A stretch of DNA of 64,000 nucleotides, taken from the NCBI GenBank assembly GCA_965658895.1, contig CBFHUR010000006.1, positions 50,131 through 114,130 of the forward strand. The letters run 5' to 3'. Position 1 is the stretch's first letter, and each line of letters opens with the position of its first letter. Under the pieces are notes generated by a model that was not told where the DNA came from, made no database searches, and saw nothing but the letters and a program-made list of their open reading frames with translations. The DNA is from Candidatus Binatia bacterium (lineage in GTDB: Bacteria; Desulfobacterota; Binatia; UBA12015). This document shows, one piece after another, positions 8,379-22,046 of the stretch. A program made the position numbers and the translations under genes.

Positions 8379-10163
8379 CTACTTGGTGTAGAGCGCCTCG
8401 ATTTCGGCTCGGTATTTTTCGTGGATTCCGCGCCGTTTCAATTTGGACGTGGGGGTGAGCAGATCCGAGTCCGGCAGCCACTCTTCCCCGAGAATGGAAA
8501 TACGCTTGACGCGCTCGGCGTTGTTGAACGAAGCCATGGACTGCTCCACGGCCGCCTCAAGTTCGCGGATCACGTCGGGGTTGGTGGCGAGTTCCTCGAG
8601 CTTCGCTCCGGCCATATCGTTGGCCGCAGCCCAGGCGCCGGCGGCGTCGGGGTCGAGTACGACCAGCGCCGAGACAAAGGGGCGTCCGTCGCCGATCGCA
8701 CAAGCCTGACCGATGAGCGGGATCATCTTGAGAGAGGATTCCAGATTCGACGGGCTGATGTTCTTGCCTCCCGCAGTGATCAGCAATTCCTTTTTTCGGT
8801 CCACGATTCGGAGGTACCCCTGATCGTCGATCTCGCCGATGTCGCCTGAATGCAACCATTGGTCTGCGTCAAGCGCCTCGGCGGTCTTGGCCTCTTCCTT
8901 GAGATATCCCTGAAAGACATTGCCACCGCGGCAGATGACCTCCCCGTCGTCGGCAAGCCGGACTTCGCAACCCGGCACCGCCTGTCCCACGCTGCCCGCC
9001 TTGACCACCCAGGGAGAGAAGGTGATCGGGCCGCTCGATTCCGACATGCCGTAGATCTCGGCGAGCGGAACACCAAGTCCCCGGAACCAGAGCATCATTT
9101 CGGGCGGGATGGGTGCGGCGCCCGTCACGGCGAGCTTGCATTCATCCATGCCGATCAAGGCACGAACCTGCGAGAAGGCGACCTCGTCGAGGAATTTCCA
9201 GGTCTCGCGGTCCTGGTCGGTTGCTGTGCCATTGGTGATGCGCTCCTGCAGCGGCATCGCTGCTTCGATCGCATCGTTGAACTTTGCCTTGCGCTCGGGG
9301 TCGGCCGCGAGGGCGGCGTTGATGCCGGCGTACATTTTTTCCCAAATTCGCGGAACGCCGAAAAAGTAGGTGGGGCGGACTTCACGGGCATAGTCGGCGA
9401 CTTGCGTGGGTTCGGGGCAAGTGGTGACCGTGCATCCAAAGGCCAGCTGCTGATAGTGGCCCACCATCCGCTCGGCGATATGTGCCATGGGGAGATACGA
9501 GACCAACTTGACCCCGCGGTAGGAGTCCCAACCGATGGTGATCCGCAGCGACTCGAGGGTCCAGCAGATGTTGTAATGACTCAGCATCACGCCTTTGGGC
9601 GGCCCGGTGGTGCCCGAGGTGTAGATCATGGTCGCGAGATCTTCGGGCCGGGCTGTTTCCGCCGCGGCTTGCAGGTCGAGAGGTTCTTCCCCGATCAGGT
9701 CCTCCCAGCTGAACTCGCCGTCCTGATGATCGCGCAAGCTGCCGAGCGATTGCAATTTGGGGAGCTTTTCTCGGACCGGCCGAAACCGCTCGAGGAAGCG
9801 ATCATCCTCGACAAATGCCAATTTCGCCTCGCAATGGTTTACCAGATACTCGATCTGGCTTTCGGAAGACGAGTTGTAGATGGAAACAGGAGCGGCGCCG
9901 AGAAAATAGGCCGCTGTGTCGATGATGTGGAATTCGGGAATGTTTCGCAGCATCAATACGATACGATCGCCGCGGCCGATGCCTAATTTTGCCAGACCGG
10001 CAGCGGCCCGTGCGACCAGGTCGGCGTATTCGTCAAAGCTCCAACTCTGGAAGCTTCCGTCCTCTTTCCGCCAGCGCACGGCCTCGTCAGGCCCGCATTC
10101 CGCTACGGTGGCCAGAAAACTTTTTGCCAGCGTTTGCCCGGCTACTGTTTCGTCTATGGTCAT
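8379..10163 (-). CDS. fadD: long-chain-fatty-acid--CoA ligase (AMP-dependent synthetase)
   Basis: 594 aa with AMP-binding motif 'MIYTSGTTGPPKGVMLSH' and a conserved C-terminal 'LTPTSKLKRRGI'. Confidence 0.85.
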   Translation of the reverse strand: MTIDETVAGQTLAKSFLATVAECGPDEAVRWRKEDGSFQSWSFDEYADLVARAAAGLAKLGIGRGDRIVLMLRNIPEFHIIDTAAYFLGAAPVSIYNSSSESQIEYLVNHCEAKLAFVEDDRFLERFRPVREKLPKLQSLGSLRDHQDGEFSWEDLIGEEPLDLQAAAETARPEDLATMIYTSGTTGPPKGVMLSHYNICWTLESLRITIGWDSYRGVKLVSYLPMAHIAERMVGHYQQLAFGCTVTTCPEPTQVADYAREVRPTYFFGVPRIWEKMYAGINAALAADPERKAKFNDAIEAAMPLQERITNGTATDQDRETWKFLDEVAFSQVRALIGMDECKLAVTGAAPIPPEMMLWFRGLGVPLAEIYGMSESSGPITFSPWVVKAGSVGQAVPGCEVRLADDGEVICRGGNVFQGYLKEEAKTAEALDADQWLHSGDIGEIDDQGYLRIVDRKKELLITAGGKNISPSNLESSLKMIPLIGQACAIGDGRPFVSALVVLDPDAAGAWAAANDMAGAKLEELATNPDVIRELEAAVEQSMASFNNAERVKRISILGEEWLPDSDLLTPTSKLKRRGIHEKYRAEIEALYTK

Positions 10164-10291
10164 GATTCACTCCCTCATGGCGGCCTCCGCGGCCCCCCGC
10201 TGACAGTTTTCCCTAGCGGACCAGATTGTTGGACCACAAGCCCCCGGCGATCGGGTTTGCCGACCGGCCCCGCTGGCTTTACAGTTTATCT

Positions 10292-13162
<2,871 letters not shown>

Positions 13163-13174
13163 ACGCGGGCGAGT

Positions 13175-14569
13175 CTAGAGGCGGTTGAGGCCGTCAAGAG
13201 CCGCGACCTTGTAGGCCTCGGCGAGGGTTGGGTAGTTGAATACCGTGTCGCGCAGAAATTCGACCGAGCCGCCCAGGGCCATGGCAGTCTGCCCGATGTG
13301 GATCAATTCACAAGCTCCGTCCCCGAGGATGTGCACGCCAAGGATCTCGAGGGTCTCGGCATGAAAGAGCAGCTTCAGCAGGCCCGAGGTGTCGCCGATC
13401 ATGTTCCCGCGGGCCAGTTCCTCGAATCGCGCCGAGCCGACCTCATAAGGAACCTTGTCATGCGTCAGTTCCTGTTCATTCCTCCCGATCATGGAGACTT
13501 CCGGGATGGTGTAGATCCCGTAGGGCAGCAAGGGCGGTGTTTCGGCGAGTTGCCCCCCGAACATATGTGAAGTGGCCAACCGGCCCTGTTCCATCGAGGT
13601 CGAAGCGAGGGCGGGAAATCCGATGACATCACCGGCGGCATAAATGTGTGTCTGGGTGGTCCGGTAGGCAGAGTCCACCGGCAGGCGTCCCCGATCATCT
13701 GTCTCGATGCCGAGCATATCGAGCCCGAGGCTGTCGGTGTTGGCATCGCGGCCCACGGTATAGAGCAATGTGTCGCCGGTGACTCGCTTGCCGCTTTCCA
13801 GATGGGCGCTGACACGGTCCTTGCTGTCGATTTCCACGTGGGTGACCTTCTCTCCCAGTCGGAATTTCGCTTTGCGCGAACGCAGATGGAAGCATAATGC
13901 CTCAAGAATCTCGTGGTCGACAAATTCGAGAATATCCTCGCGGGCATCGACGATCGTGACCTCGGACTTCAGCGCCGTCGCCATGGAGGCATACTCGAGG
14001 CCGATCACGCCGGCACCAACGACCACCGAACTATTGCCGACCGGACTGCGCGAGTGCTGGCCGCGGACCATTTGATCAGAGTCCATTACGCGTTTCCCGT
14101 CGGTTGGAACCAGCGGGGTGTGGGCCGGCCGGGTGCCCGTTGCGATCAGGATGAAGTCTGCCGTGATCTTCTCGACGCCGTCGGAGCCATCGATATGCAA
14201 GGTATGCTCGTCGAGGAAGCGGGCGACGCCGGGAATCAGCTGCACGCGATTGCGGAGCAGTTGATCGCGGACGATTTCCTGCTCCCGGTTCACCACTTCG
14301 CGGACACGCAGAGAGAGGTCCTCCCAGGTGATCTGGTCCTGGAGGGTGTAATTCTTTCCGTAGAAGGCTCGTTGGCGAAATCCGGAGAGATAGAGGACCG
14401 CCTCGCGCAGGGTTTTGCTCGGAATCGTGCCGGTGTGCGTCGAGGCACCGCCCAGCATCACGGCGCGGTCCACGACCGCCACGCTTTTGCCCATCTTGGC
14501 AGCGTTGATCGCTCCTTTTTGCCCTGCAGGTCCGGTTCCGATTACCGCCAGATCAAAATGTCGCGCCAC
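13175..14569 (-). CDS. sthA: soluble pyridine nucleotide transhydrogenase / FAD-dependent pyridine nucleotide-disulfide oxidoreductase
   Basis: 464 aa with FAD motif 'DLAVIGTGPAGQKGA', NAD motif 'VVGAGVIGLEYA' and an SthA-like C-terminus. Confidence 0.8.
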   Translation of the reverse strand: MARHFDLAVIGTGPAGQKGAINAAKMGKSVAVVDRAVMLGGASTHTGTIPSKTLREAVLYLSGFRQRAFYGKNYTLQDQITWEDLSLRVREVVNREQEIVRDQLLRNRVQLIPGVARFLDEHTLHIDGSDGVEKITADFILIATGTRPAHTPLVPTDGKRVMDSDQMVRGQHSRSPVGNSSVVVGAGVIGLEYASMATALKSEVTIVDAREDILEFVDHEILEALCFHLRSRKAKFRLGEKVTHVEIDSKDRVSAHLESGKRVTGDTLLYTVGRDANTDSLGLDMLGIETDDRGRLPVDSAYRTTQTHIYAAGDVIGFPALASTSMEQGRLATSHMFGGQLAETPPLLPYGIYTIPEVSMIGRNEQELTHDKVPYEVGSARFEELARGNMIGDTSGLLKLLFHAETLEILGVHILGDGACELIHIGQTAMALGGSVEFLRDTVFNYPTLAEAYKVAALDGLNRL

Positions 14570-14581
14570 GTCGATCTCCTG

Positions 14582-17500
14582 TCAGGACGGGTTGCCGGAA
14601 CGCCCCGCACGTACCTGGTTCCAGAATTCCTGTATGTCCTCAAGCGCCAGATAGAGCATCGGCACGACATACAGTGTCAATAAACTAGCTACCCCGAGGC
14701 CGAAGACGATGGAAGCCGCAAAGGGGCTGAAGACGGTGGAATAGCCGGAGAGCCCGATTGCCATGGGCGCCAGGCCCATGATGGTCGTCACTGTGGTGAG
14801 GAAAATGGGCCGGAAACGTTTCTCGCAGCCGCTCATGACGGCCTCGACCGAGCTCAGCCCGCGCTCGCGCTCCTTGTTGATGAAGTCGATCAGGACCAGG
14901 GAATCATTCACCACAATCCCCGCAAGGCCCACGATGGCATAGAGGACATACATCGAGAGGGCATAACCGCTCCATATCAGAGAGAGGAGGTAGAGGCCGA
15001 AGGTGACGCCGATGAAGGAGAAGACAATGACACTCATGACGATCGCGGGCTGGGCGTAGGAACGGAATTGCGCGGCAAGGATGGCGTAGATCGCGAGCGC
15101 GGCCAAAAGGAAGGCTCGACCCATGTCGGCGAACGCATCGTCGGTGGCCTGAAATTCGCCCCCAAAGATCAGATCGACACCGGGATAGCGGGTGGGCACA
15201 TCCGCGAAAGCCTCCTGCATCAGATTGTTGACCGAAAGTGAGGTGGCGTTCTCACCGTCGACATCAGCGTAGACCACAACGGCACGCTGCGCTCCATAGT
15301 GATACAGGCGTTGATAGCCTCGCTGTAGTTCGAGGTCAGCCACGTCGCCGAGCTGGATCAGGTAGCCATCCCGAGATCGTACCTCGACATCCATGAGATC
15401 CTGAATGCTGTCGCGGTCCGTGGGTTCGAGAAGGACGCGGATGTCGATATCATCGGTTTCCTCCGGCGGCCGGAAGCTTGAGGACACCAGTCCCTCATTG
15501 GCGGCGGTAAGCGCGAAGCCGACGTCCTGAAAGGTGAGTCCGTGGAGGGATGCGCGGTTCTCGTTCAGGACCACCCTCATCTCGCGAGGCCCCAGAGGGA
15601 CGTTGTCCTCGATGTTGAAGACCCCCGGCAGGCTGGCGAGCTTGAGCTTCATTTCGCCGGCGATCTGCTTGGCAATCTCGTAGTCCTCGGACTGGATCCG
15701 AATGGCTACGGGTTTGCCGATCGGTGGACCGTTTCTGGGTGGTGCAACGATCAGGCTCTCGATCTGACCCGGGTTTTCGTCACGGTAGGTTTCGAGTCGG
15801 TTCCGTACCAGACTCAGGATGCGGTCGGGGTTGGTGGTGTTCTCGGCGGTTTCGGGGAACGTGATGTAGAGAACGGCCCAGTTGACGCCCAGGACGGGGC
15901 GTTCGTCCGAGGTCATGCCCATTCCGATGTTGGTAGAGATGTCGGTGATTTCTTCGCCCAGGTCCGCCAGCGCGGTTTCGACGCCGGCAATGAGCTTGTC
16001 GGTGGAATCGAAACCGGCGTCGCGCGACGATTTGATGGTCACGAAAAGCATGTTGTAGTCGCTGGGGAAGAGGTCGACGGGCACGCGTGTGAACAAGGCG
16101 ATGGCAAAGAGAAAAGCCGCGCCGCAGGTTGCCAGAAATGCTCGTCGTTCGGGAAGCAGGCGTCGCTGTGAGTTGAGATAACGCTCTCGGAACGACGCCA
16201 GGCGTGTGTCCGAAGCGGTACGGATCGCGTGGAAGCGTTGGCTCCATCGATTCCCACGAGCCGTGTCTGCCAACGAGTGCCGACTCCCCCAATCAAGGTA
16301 GTGGACGGGAAGGATCAGCAGCGCTTCGAACAGGGAGCCCATGAGGCAGACGACGACGGTTTTGGGCAAGATCGACATGAACTCGCCTGAGGTTCCCGAG
16401 ATGGTCAACATCGGGATAAATGCCGCGGCGGTCGTCAGAATCGCGGCGGTTACAGGCCACATGACTTCCTCGGCGCCAGCGATAACGGCCTCGTGGATCG
16501 GTTCGCCATTCTCGACATGGCGGTAAATATTCTCGACCAGAATAATGGCATCGTCGACCAGCATCCCGCTGACCATCACGAACCCTACGAGCGAAAGCGA
16601 GTTGATGGTGATATCGAAAAACGGAAAGAGCGTAAGCGCGACGAGGAACGCAAAGGGAACGCCGACAACAGCGACCATGGCGTTGCGCAAGCCCACGGTC
16701 AGCCAAAGCAGCAGAACCACGAACAAGACCCCGAGCAACAGGTTGGAGGTCATGATGCCGATGCGATTGGCCACATAAAGCGAATCGTCAGTGGGGACGT
16801 CGATCGAGATCCCGGGGGGAAGCAGTTCCCGGTAAGAATCAAGATAGGTCGTGACCTCTGCCATCAATTGAATGACGTCATGGTCATTTTCCTTGGATAT
16901 GCCGAGGAAAATCGCAGATTTCCCATTCAGGCGGGAGGCGAGACGTCGTTCCTCGAAACCTTCCTCGATCCGTGCCAGATCGCCGAGTCGGATATGGGTG
17001 CCGGCGGCGCTTTTGCCAATGATCGTGTCGGTAATCGACTCCACGGTATCGTATTGCCCGAGCCCGCGGACCGTGATCTCCCCAAGTGCCCGATTGGTAA
17101 AGCTCCCGCCCGGGAAATTGCGGTTGTTCCGGGACAAGGTGGCGCTGATCTCGGGCAGGGTGAGGTTGTATTGCAGGGCCTTTTCCCGATCCACGACGAT
17201 CCGAAGCTCACGTTCGCGTTCGCCGCGTAGTTCGGCCTTCCGGACGCCGGGGATTTTCTCGATCTTTCGCTTGAGATCCTCGGACACCTGAAGCATCGCG
17301 GACTCGCCGACGCCGCCGGTGTCGGTCACGGCGATCGTGGCGATATGGTAGACCTCGGAGACCGAGATTTCGCGCAAGATCGGGCGCTCGGCATCTTCGG
17401 GCAGGTCGGGCACTCGTTCGATGGCCGATCGGAGGTCGTTGAGGGCCGACTCGGCCTCATTGTCGCTGAGCGATTCGTCCCATTCGATATTGATTTCCGA

Positions 17501-17764
17501 CAGGCCATAGGTCGAGTAGCTCGACATATTCTTGATGCCGGAAATTCCGTCGAACTCGTCCTCGAGTTTGGCGGTGACGAGTCGCTCGACCTCGCCTGGT
17601 GATGCGCCGACCCAGGGGGTTACAACGATGGCGGTGTTGAAGGAGATGTCGGGAAAGACATCGATGGGGATTCGTTTGGCGGTCTGGAATCCCGCAACGA
17701 TCAAGAGGGCAAAGGCCAGATTGATCAGGACTGGTTGTCGAACCGCGAACCGTGGCAGGCTCAT
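14582..17764 (-). CDS. RND family efflux transporter permease (AcrB/HAE1-like)
   Basis: 1060 aa with 12-TM RND architecture and two large periplasmic loops. It overlaps the adaptor gene by 4 nt. Confidence 0.9.
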   Translation of the reverse strand: MSLPRFAVRQPVLINLAFALLIVAGFQTAKRIPIDVFPDISFNTAIVVTPWVGASPGEVERLVTAKLEDEFDGISGIKNMSSYSTYGLSEINIEWDESLSDNEAESALNDLRSAIERVPDLPEDAERPILREISVSEVYHIATIAVTDTGGVGESAMLQVSEDLKRKIEKIPGVRKAELRGERERELRIVVDREKALQYNLTLPEISATLSRNNRNFPGGSFTNRALGEITVRGLGQYDTVESITDTIIGKSAAGTHIRLGDLARIEEGFEERRLASRLNGKSAIFLGISKENDHDVIQLMAEVTTYLDSYRELLPPGISIDVPTDDSLYVANRIGIMTSNLLLGVLFVVLLLWLTVGLRNAMVAVVGVPFAFLVALTLFPFFDITINSLSLVGFVMVSGMLVDDAIILVENIYRHVENGEPIHEAVIAGAEEVMWPVTAAILTTAAAFIPMLTISGTSGEFMSILPKTVVVCLMGSLFEALLILPVHYLDWGSRHSLADTARGNRWSQRFHAIRTASDTRLASFRERYLNSQRRLLPERRAFLATCGAAFLFAIALFTRVPVDLFPSDYNMLFVTIKSSRDAGFDSTDKLIAGVETALADLGEEITDISTNIGMGMTSDERPVLGVNWAVLYITFPETAENTTNPDRILSLVRNRLETYRDENPGQIESLIVAPPRNGPPIGKPVAIRIQSEDYEIAKQIAGEMKLKLASLPGVFNIEDNVPLGPREMRVVLNENRASLHGLTFQDVGFALTAANEGLVSSSFRPPEETDDIDIRVLLEPTDRDSIQDLMDVEVRSRDGYLIQLGDVADLELQRGYQRLYHYGAQRAVVVYADVDGENATSLSVNNLMQEAFADVPTRYPGVDLIFGGEFQATDDAFADMGRAFLLAALAIYAILAAQFRSYAQPAIVMSVIVFSFIGVTFGLYLLSLIWSGYALSMYVLYAIVGLAGIVVNDSLVLIDFINKERERGLSSVEAVMSGCEKRFRPIFLTTVTTIMGLAPMAIGLSGYSTVFSPFAASIVFGLGVASLLTLYVVPMLYLALEDIQEFWNQVRAGRSGNPS

Positions 17765-18924
17765 GCAGGTGTCTCTGGGGCAAGGACGACCAGATCGCCG
17801 TGTCCGAGCAATCGGATATCGGAGGTGGCGATGGACTGGCCGGGGCGGAGTCCGCTGACCACCTCGTAAAGTGTTGGGCGGAAGGGGACCGGCCGAACGC
17901 GGATTGCGCTCTTGCGCAGTCGGTGGAGTTCGGACTCCGGATCCTCTTCAAGCAGGAACACGGAGTGGACCCCGAGTTCCTCGAGGACAGCCTCGCGCGG
18001 GATGGCGAGGATCTCTTGCGATCGGCTTAGTTCGAGACTGGCCTGGGCGACCATGCCCGGGCGCAAGAGAGCCTCCGGGTTCCGGATCTCGATTTCGACC
18101 GGAAATTTTCGGTTCCTCATATTGGCAGCGCCGCCGATTCGCCGCGCCGTTCCGGTGAAAGAGCGGTCGGGCATGGCTTCGAGATGGATCTTCGCCAACG
18201 CACCAGATGGCACCGAGGCGATGTCGCGGTCGCTGAGTCCGACTTCGAGGATCAAGACATCCGGGGATACAAGTTCTCCGACCTCCTGGCCGGCGCGAAC
18301 GAATTCCCCGGGTTGGGGCGCGAAGGCACGCAAGACGCCCGCAAAGGGAGCGACGAGTGTACGCTTTTTCTGATCGTCGCGTGCTCGATCGAGTTGCGCG
18401 CGCGCTGCCGCCAGCGCGGCCCGCGCGACCCCCAGGCGACTTTCGGTGCTGTCGATTTCGGCCTGCGAGAGGACCTCGCGTTCGGCCAGAGAAGCGCTGC
18501 GTCGGCTTTGCGCGTCGGCCAGCGCCAGCTCGCTGGTGGTTCGGTCGACCTGTGCCTGTGCTTGGCGAACCGCTATTTCGGCGGGAACAGGGTCGATTTC
18601 CAGCAGGACGTCTCCGGCATCGACTCGATCGAAGGCCTGAGCACCTGTCCGCACCACGCGGCCGGAGCTTTCGACGGACAGGCGAACCTCTCGATCGGCC
18701 TCGAGAATCCCGGAAAGTCGTACCTCGGCATCGATGGTCTGAGGAAGGACCGATTGGCTGGTAACAGTCCGGAGCCCCTTCTGGGGCGAGGGGTCCGCGG
18801 AGTCGCTTCCATCAGGCGCGGTGGCCAGGAGATAAACGAACCCGAGGAGAAGGACCGCGGCGACGCCCAGAAGTTTGCGACGCAGCGTGTTGCGGCCTGT
18901 ATTGTCGGGGTTCTGATCTGTCAT
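17761..18924 (-). CDS. RND efflux periplasmic adaptor (membrane fusion protein, HlyD family)
   Basis: 387 aa with a signal/TM anchor followed by coiled-coil and barrel segments, and 'VAPFAGVL' biotinyl/lipoyl-like hairpin. No outer-membrane factor gene is adjacent. Confidence 0.85.
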   Translation of the reverse strand: MTDQNPDNTGRNTLRRKLLGVAAVLLLGFVYLLATAPDGSDSADPSPQKGLRTVTSQSVLPQTIDAEVRLSGILEADREVRLSVESSGRVVRTGAQAFDRVDAGDVLLEIDPVPAEIAVRQAQAQVDRTTSELALADAQSRRSASLAEREVLSQAEIDSTESRLGVARAALAAARAQLDRARDDQKKRTLVAPFAGVLRAFAPQPGEFVRAGQEVGELVSPDVLILEVGLSDRDIASVPSGALAKIHLEAMPDRSFTGTARRIGGAANMRNRKFPVEIEIRNPEALLRPGMVAQASLELSRSQEILAIPREAVLEELGVHSVFLLEEDPESELHRLRKSAIRVRPVPFRPTLYEVVSGLRPGQSIATSDIRLLGHGDLVVLAPETPA

Positions 18925-19008
18925 GACCTCTTGGCTCTAACGGATGGCGTGACGGGAGCAATCTTTGGGCGCTGGCATCCTCCCGTGGCGGTAGGCTAGG
19001 AAGCCTTC

Positions 19009-19815
19009 ATGAGCGACCTTCTATACGAAAAAGATGCTGGTGTTGTCACGATCACGATGAATCGTCCGGAACGGCGAAACGCGATCAGCCCCGAGATGAT
19101 GGTGCGTCTCGGGGAGGCATGGGTGAACTTTCAGGCAGATGACGACTTGCGTGTGGCGATCTTGACCGGAGCCGGCAGCGAAGCCTTCTGCGTGGGAGGA
19201 GACCTGCAGCTGCTGATTCCCCTGTTTACGGGCGCCCGACAGCCGGAAAGTGAGTGGGACCAGAAGCTGATGGGAAACCTCGGATTCACCATGACTTCGC
19301 TTCTCAAGGGGTTCGAACTCTATAAACCGGTGATCTCCGCGGTCAATGGTACCGCGACCGCGGGCGGCTGCGAGATCTTGCAGGCCACCGATATTCGGAT
19401 CGCTTCTACCAACGCCCGTCTGGGTCTTGCGGAGGCGAAGCGTGGTCTGGTTCCCGGCGGCGGCTCGTTGGTGCGGTTGCCTCGCCAGATTCCCTATTGC
19501 AAGGCCATGGAGATCCTTCTGCTCGGAGATTTGATCGAGGCCGAAGAGGCTTGGCGAATCGGGTTGATCAATGAGGTGGTCGCGCCTGAGGAATTGATGC
19601 CTCGGGCACGGGAAATCGCCGCGCGACTGGCTGCCAACGGGCCATTTGCTCTGCGCAAGATCAAGGAAGCGGTTTTGCGTACCAACGGTTTACCGCTCAA
19701 CGAGGCGCACGATATCGAGAACCAGCTCTCGGGCGAGGTCATGGCGTCCTCGGATGCCCGCGAGGGCCCGCGAGCCTTTGTGGAGAAACGTGCGCCAAAC
19801 TGGAAGGGCCGATGA
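19009..19815 (+). CDS. enoyl-CoA hydratase/isomerase (crotonase family)
   Basis: 268 aa with 'AFCVGGDL' and 'VNGTATAGGCEILQATDIRIA' oxyanion-hole motifs. Confidence 0.85.
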   Translation: MSDLLYEKDAGVVTITMNRPERRNAISPEMMVRLGEAWVNFQADDDLRVAILTGAGSEAFCVGGDLQLLIPLFTGARQPESEWDQKLMGNLGFTMTSLLKGFELYKPVISAVNGTATAGGCEILQATDIRIASTNARLGLAEAKRGLVPGGGSLVRLPRQIPYCKAMEILLLGDLIEAEEAWRIGLINEVVAPEELMPRAREIAARLAANGPFALRKIKEAVLRTNGLPLNEAHDIENQLSGEVMASSDAREGPRAFVEKRAPNWKGR

Positions 19816-19821
19816 GGGCGA

Positions 19822-20232
19822 CTATTCTTCGTCGGACGCGTCGGCCTCGAAGCCGAGACTGACAGAGTTGATGCAATAGCGCTGCCCGGTGGGCCTGGGT
19901 CCGTCGGGAAAGACGTGCCCCAGATGCGAACCGCATGCGCGGCAAAGCACCTCGGTCCGAATCATGCCGTGGCTGCGGTCTTGTTCTTCTTCAATGGCTT
20001 CGTCATCGGCGGGTGCGAAGAAGCTGGGCCATCCGGACCCGGATTCGAACTTGGTTTCGGATCGGAAGAGGCGTTCACCGCAGGCCGCGCAGACATAGAC
20101 TCCGGTTTCATGGTGGTCGCAGAAGTCTCCGGTAAACGCGCGCTCGGTACCTTTGTTTCGGCAGACGGCATATTGGTCCGGGGTGAGCACGGTCCGCCAT
20201 TCCTGGTCAGATTTTTCGATCTTGCGGTTCAT
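19822..20232 (-). CDS. msrB: peptide-methionine (R)-S-oxide reductase
   Basis: 136 aa with two CxxC pairs ('CAACGERLF' and '[12 protein letters not shown]') and an 'RYCINS' catalytic Cys. Confidence 0.9.
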   Translation of the reverse strand: MNRKIEKSDQEWRTVLTPDQYAVCRNKGTERAFTGDFCDHHETGVYVCAACGERLFRSETKFESGSGWPSFFAPADDEAIEEEQDRSHGMIRTEVLCRACGSHLGHVFPDGPRPTGQRYCINSVSLGFEADASDEE

Positions 20233-22013
20233 GGGTCGAGTCCTTCCTCTTCTGACAAGCCTAGGGAACTTTCTGAATTGTTCAACTCGCGCAAGACGCG
20301 CAGAAAGGTCTCCCCATATTCCGCGAGTTTTTTGGGACCGACGCCACTGATCTCGGCCAGCGCGTCGGTCGTCTCGGGGTTCTCGCTCGCCATGGCATGC
20401 AGGGTGGCATCGTTAAACACCAGATACGCGGGAATTCCCCTTTCTGCAGCAATCGCCTTGCGTCGGGCTCGCAAGGCCAGAAAGCGGGCCTCCGCCTCCG
20501 GCGCAAGGTCGGGACTGCTTCCCAGCACTGCTCGCTTCGGGCGGTTTCTGGTCGCTTCGATCAGATCGACGCCAAGACAGCGGTCGCAGGAGGTTCCGCA
20601 GTTCTCGATGGTCTCACCGAAATGTCCGACAACGGCCCGATGGCGGCATTCCTCTCGTTCCGCCATGCGGAGCATTTGGCGGACTTGACGCTTTTGGCGG
20701 TCGGCCACCTCGGGCTGGAGTTCCTGGAGCATGTACTCGGCGCTTTTCACGTCACTCCAGCCATAGAAGATAAAGCAGTCGCTGGGCGCTCCATCGCGAC
20801 CGGCACGTCCGATCTCCTGATAGTAGGCCTCGACGGATCGAGGCATGTCGCGGTGGATCACAAAGCGGATGTCGGGTTTGTCGATGCCCATACCGAAAGC
20901 CACGGTGGCGACCACGACATCGATTTCGTCGCGACGGAACGCGTCCTGAACGCGGTTGCGCGTCTCGATCTCCATGCCGGCGTGGTAGGGCAAGGCGCGG
21001 ATGCCCTTTCGCTCCAGAAAGGTCGTGAGGGATTCGACCGATTTACGCGTCTGGCAATAGACGATGCCCGACTCTTCGGGTCGATCGCGAACGAGAGCCA
21101 GAATCGCATCGCGAACCTTCATCTGGGGGCCTTTGGCCTTGCCGTGCAATCGCAGGTTCGGGCGGAAAAAAGAGCCGCGCACGTGGAGCGGGGCTCGCAT
21201 GCCCAGCTGCTCCCCGATATCGTCGATCACCGCACGGGTTGCGGTTGCGGTCAGCGCGAGCACGGGAATACCGCCAAAGCGCGATTTCAAACCGGCAAGA
21301 TTGCGGTAGGCAGGGCGGAAGTCGTGTCCCCACTGACTGATACAATGGGCTTCGTCGACGGCGACCAGCCGAATGTCGGCCCGGGTCAGTGTGTCTCCGA
21401 GCCACGCTTCGATGCCCTCGGGGGCAGCATAAACAAGTTCGTAGGCGCCATCGATCAACTTGCGGACGCGTTCGCTTCGTTCGGCCGATTCCAGGCTGGA
21501 GTTCAGAAAGGTTGCGCGTACGCCGACCGAATCCAGAGCGTCGACCTGATCCTTCATCAAGGCGATCAAGGGTGAGATGACCAAAGTGGTGCCGCCGAGG
21601 AGTCGTGCGGGGATTTGGTAGGTGAGAGATTTGCCGGCGCCCGTGGGCATGACTCCGATACAATCGCTTCCACCGAGCACGCCCTCGATCAGGGGTTCCT
21701 GTCCGGCCCGGAAATCGGAGTAGCCGAACGTCTCGGTCAACACGGATCGGGCCCGCGCGCGAGACGCTGACTCGGAGGCTGTGCGAGGGCTTTGTCGCAA
21801 GGCGTTCGCCACAACCTGCAATCGTCCGATCAGCGGCTGCGGGAAGGTATCCTTGTGGCCGGACCAGAGGGCGCGGAGCCTTGCGAGCGTGGACTGGCAC
21901 GCACTGAATTCCTGGACGTCGGTCGGGTCGAGCTCAAGGACCCGTGTCTCGAGTTCTTCGACGAGGCGTTCGAGCTGGACGGTGTCGAGCGTGGTCATGG
22001 GTGATGCAGGCAT
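20229..22013 (-). CDS. recQ: ATP-dependent DNA helicase RecQ
   Basis: Helicase motifs '[16 protein letters not shown]', '[15 protein letters not shown]' and 'TATAT', a Zn-binding RQC Cys cluster, and a C-terminal HRDC. I took the start at MPASPMTT; the track ORF extends to 22163. It overlaps msrB by 4 nt. Confidence 0.85.
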   Translation of the reverse strand: MPASPMTTLDTVQLERLVEELETRVLELDPTDVQEFSACQSTLARLRALWSGHKDTFPQPLIGRLQVVANALRQSPRTASESASRARARSVLTETFGYSDFRAGQEPLIEGVLGGSDCIGVMPTGAGKSLTYQIPARLLGGTTLVISPLIALMKDQVDALDSVGVRATFLNSSLESAERSERVRKLIDGAYELVYAAPEGIEAWLGDTLTRADIRLVAVDEAHCISQWGHDFRPAYRNLAGLKSRFGGIPVLALTATATRAVIDDIGEQLGMRAPLHVRGSFFRPNLRLHGKAKGPQMKVRDAILALVRDRPEESGIVYCQTRKSVESLTTFLERKGIRALPYHAGMEIETRNRVQDAFRRDEIDVVVATVAFGMGIDKPDIRFVIHRDMPRSVEAYYQEIGRAGRDGAPSDCFIFYGWSDVKSAEYMLQELQPEVADRQKRQVRQMLRMAEREECRHRAVVGHFGETIENCGTSCDRCLGVDLIEATRNRPKRAVLGSSPDLAPEAEARFLALRARRKAIAAERGIPAYLVFNDATLHAMASENPETTDALAEISGVGPKKLAEYGETFLRVLRELNNSESSLGLSEEEGLDP

Positions 22014-22046
22014 GCGGAGCAAGAGGTTCGAGGATCCGCGACCGAT

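Noticed and set aside
10164-10291. Possible glycine riboswitch upstream of gcvP
   Set aside because: I could not find the conserved GGAGAG/ACCGAAGGGGCAA-like core elements by eye. Only a small local hairpin (ggaccagattgttggacc) is present.
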